Below, in pieces: positions 63,460-64,000 of a DNA stretch of 64,000 nt. Made by a program: the position numbers and the translations under genes. Position 1 is the first letter of the stretch; the number at the start of each line of letters is the position of its first letter. Location: sequence record OR608733.1. One strand, written 5' to 3'. The notes beneath the pieces are model-generated. The model was not told the origin of the DNA. It made no database searches and saw nothing but the letters and a program-made list of their open reading frames with translations.

Positions 63460-63608
63460 GGTGTATTTTCCTTTTTACGATTAATTTGGATTATGTACAT
63501 CCCAATGCATCCTTTCCAAGATACATTGGGATGGAGTCTCCGAAGAGTCCCATCTTTTATTCCTGGGTCAGTTCTTTGACAGTACCCTCGGGCGCTGGTT
63601 TATTCATA

Positions 63609-63983
63609 TCACAGAAGCTGAGAGAGAATTGGTAGCATGAAAGTCTTTATCTTATTGCGATACATATTTACCCATGCATTGGACTCATCCACGTGAGTGG
63701 ATGTGTACTCAGCTACCTTAATATATTCTAAAAAGCCAACAGCATCCGGGCCTTGATCAACATAGACCATCTTGTTGAAAAGACCTATACCAATGAGCGA
63801 GAGACGCTCTGCTTTTATGAAGGCGATAGTATCTTCGATGATAATCTTTACTAGGTCCCTGTACTTAACATGGTCGTTATGGATCAATGCCAACATGTCA
63901 TCAACCTGTACAGTCAACAACATGTCTTCATTACGACGGTTGACCAGTTCATTGGTCTGTTCTTGGGTGAACACATGGTCCAC
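63609..63983 (-). CDS. Hypothetical protein
   Basis: 124-aa ORF; may extend past the window edge (GTG start at 63983). Confidence 0.7.
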   Translation of the reverse strand: MDHVFTQEQTNELVNRRNEDMLLTVQVDDMLALIHNDHVKYRDLVKIIIEDTIAFIKAERLSLIGIGLFNKMVYVDQGPDAVGFLEYIKVAEYTSTHVDESNAWVNMYRNKIKTFMLPILSQLL

Positions 63984-64000
63984 GTTTTGGAAGACTCTCG

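Noticed and set aside
57108-63579. Many plus-strand ORFs of 60-130 aa in the early region
   Set aside because: All are antisense to SD-supported minus-strand genes; higher GC reduces stop frequency.

Overview
This is a 64-kb segment of an AT-rich, nucleus-forming jumbo phage very close to Pseudomonas phage phiKZ (Phikzvirus, Chimalliviridae). It reads in reverse gene order, roughly from the gp75 homolog down to the gp13 homolog. phiKZ gp numbers are assigned from protein recognition and synteny from memory, not from a database search. The minus strand carries an SF2 helicase, four non-virion RNA polymerase (nvRNAP) genes, the import factor PicA/Imp1, a ChmC-like protein, an SbcD-like nuclease, chimallin (ChmA), the polymerase half of the split B-family DNA polymerase, a tyrosine phosphatase, PhuZ tubulin, the RNase E inhibitor Dip, tail tube and sheath, and a run of small early genes. 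Isolated plus-strand genes encode structural proteins and the large terminase. Two closely related group I introns interrupt conserved nvRNAP motifs. One (18541-19916) carries an HNH homing endonuclease; the other (4752-5058) has no ORF. Eight copies of an early-promoter motif and many hairpin terminators are visible. The best candidates for undescribed biology are: a ~320-nt multi-helix RNA between the chimallin stop codon and its terminator; the ORF-less intron; a second structured intergenic RNA near 57 kb; a Met/Gln-rich low-complexity tail on the gene next to PicA; a possible array of divergent paralogs; and a bL12-like domain close to the putative ribosome-binding gp14 homolog. No tRNA, rRNA or CRISPR array was seen.
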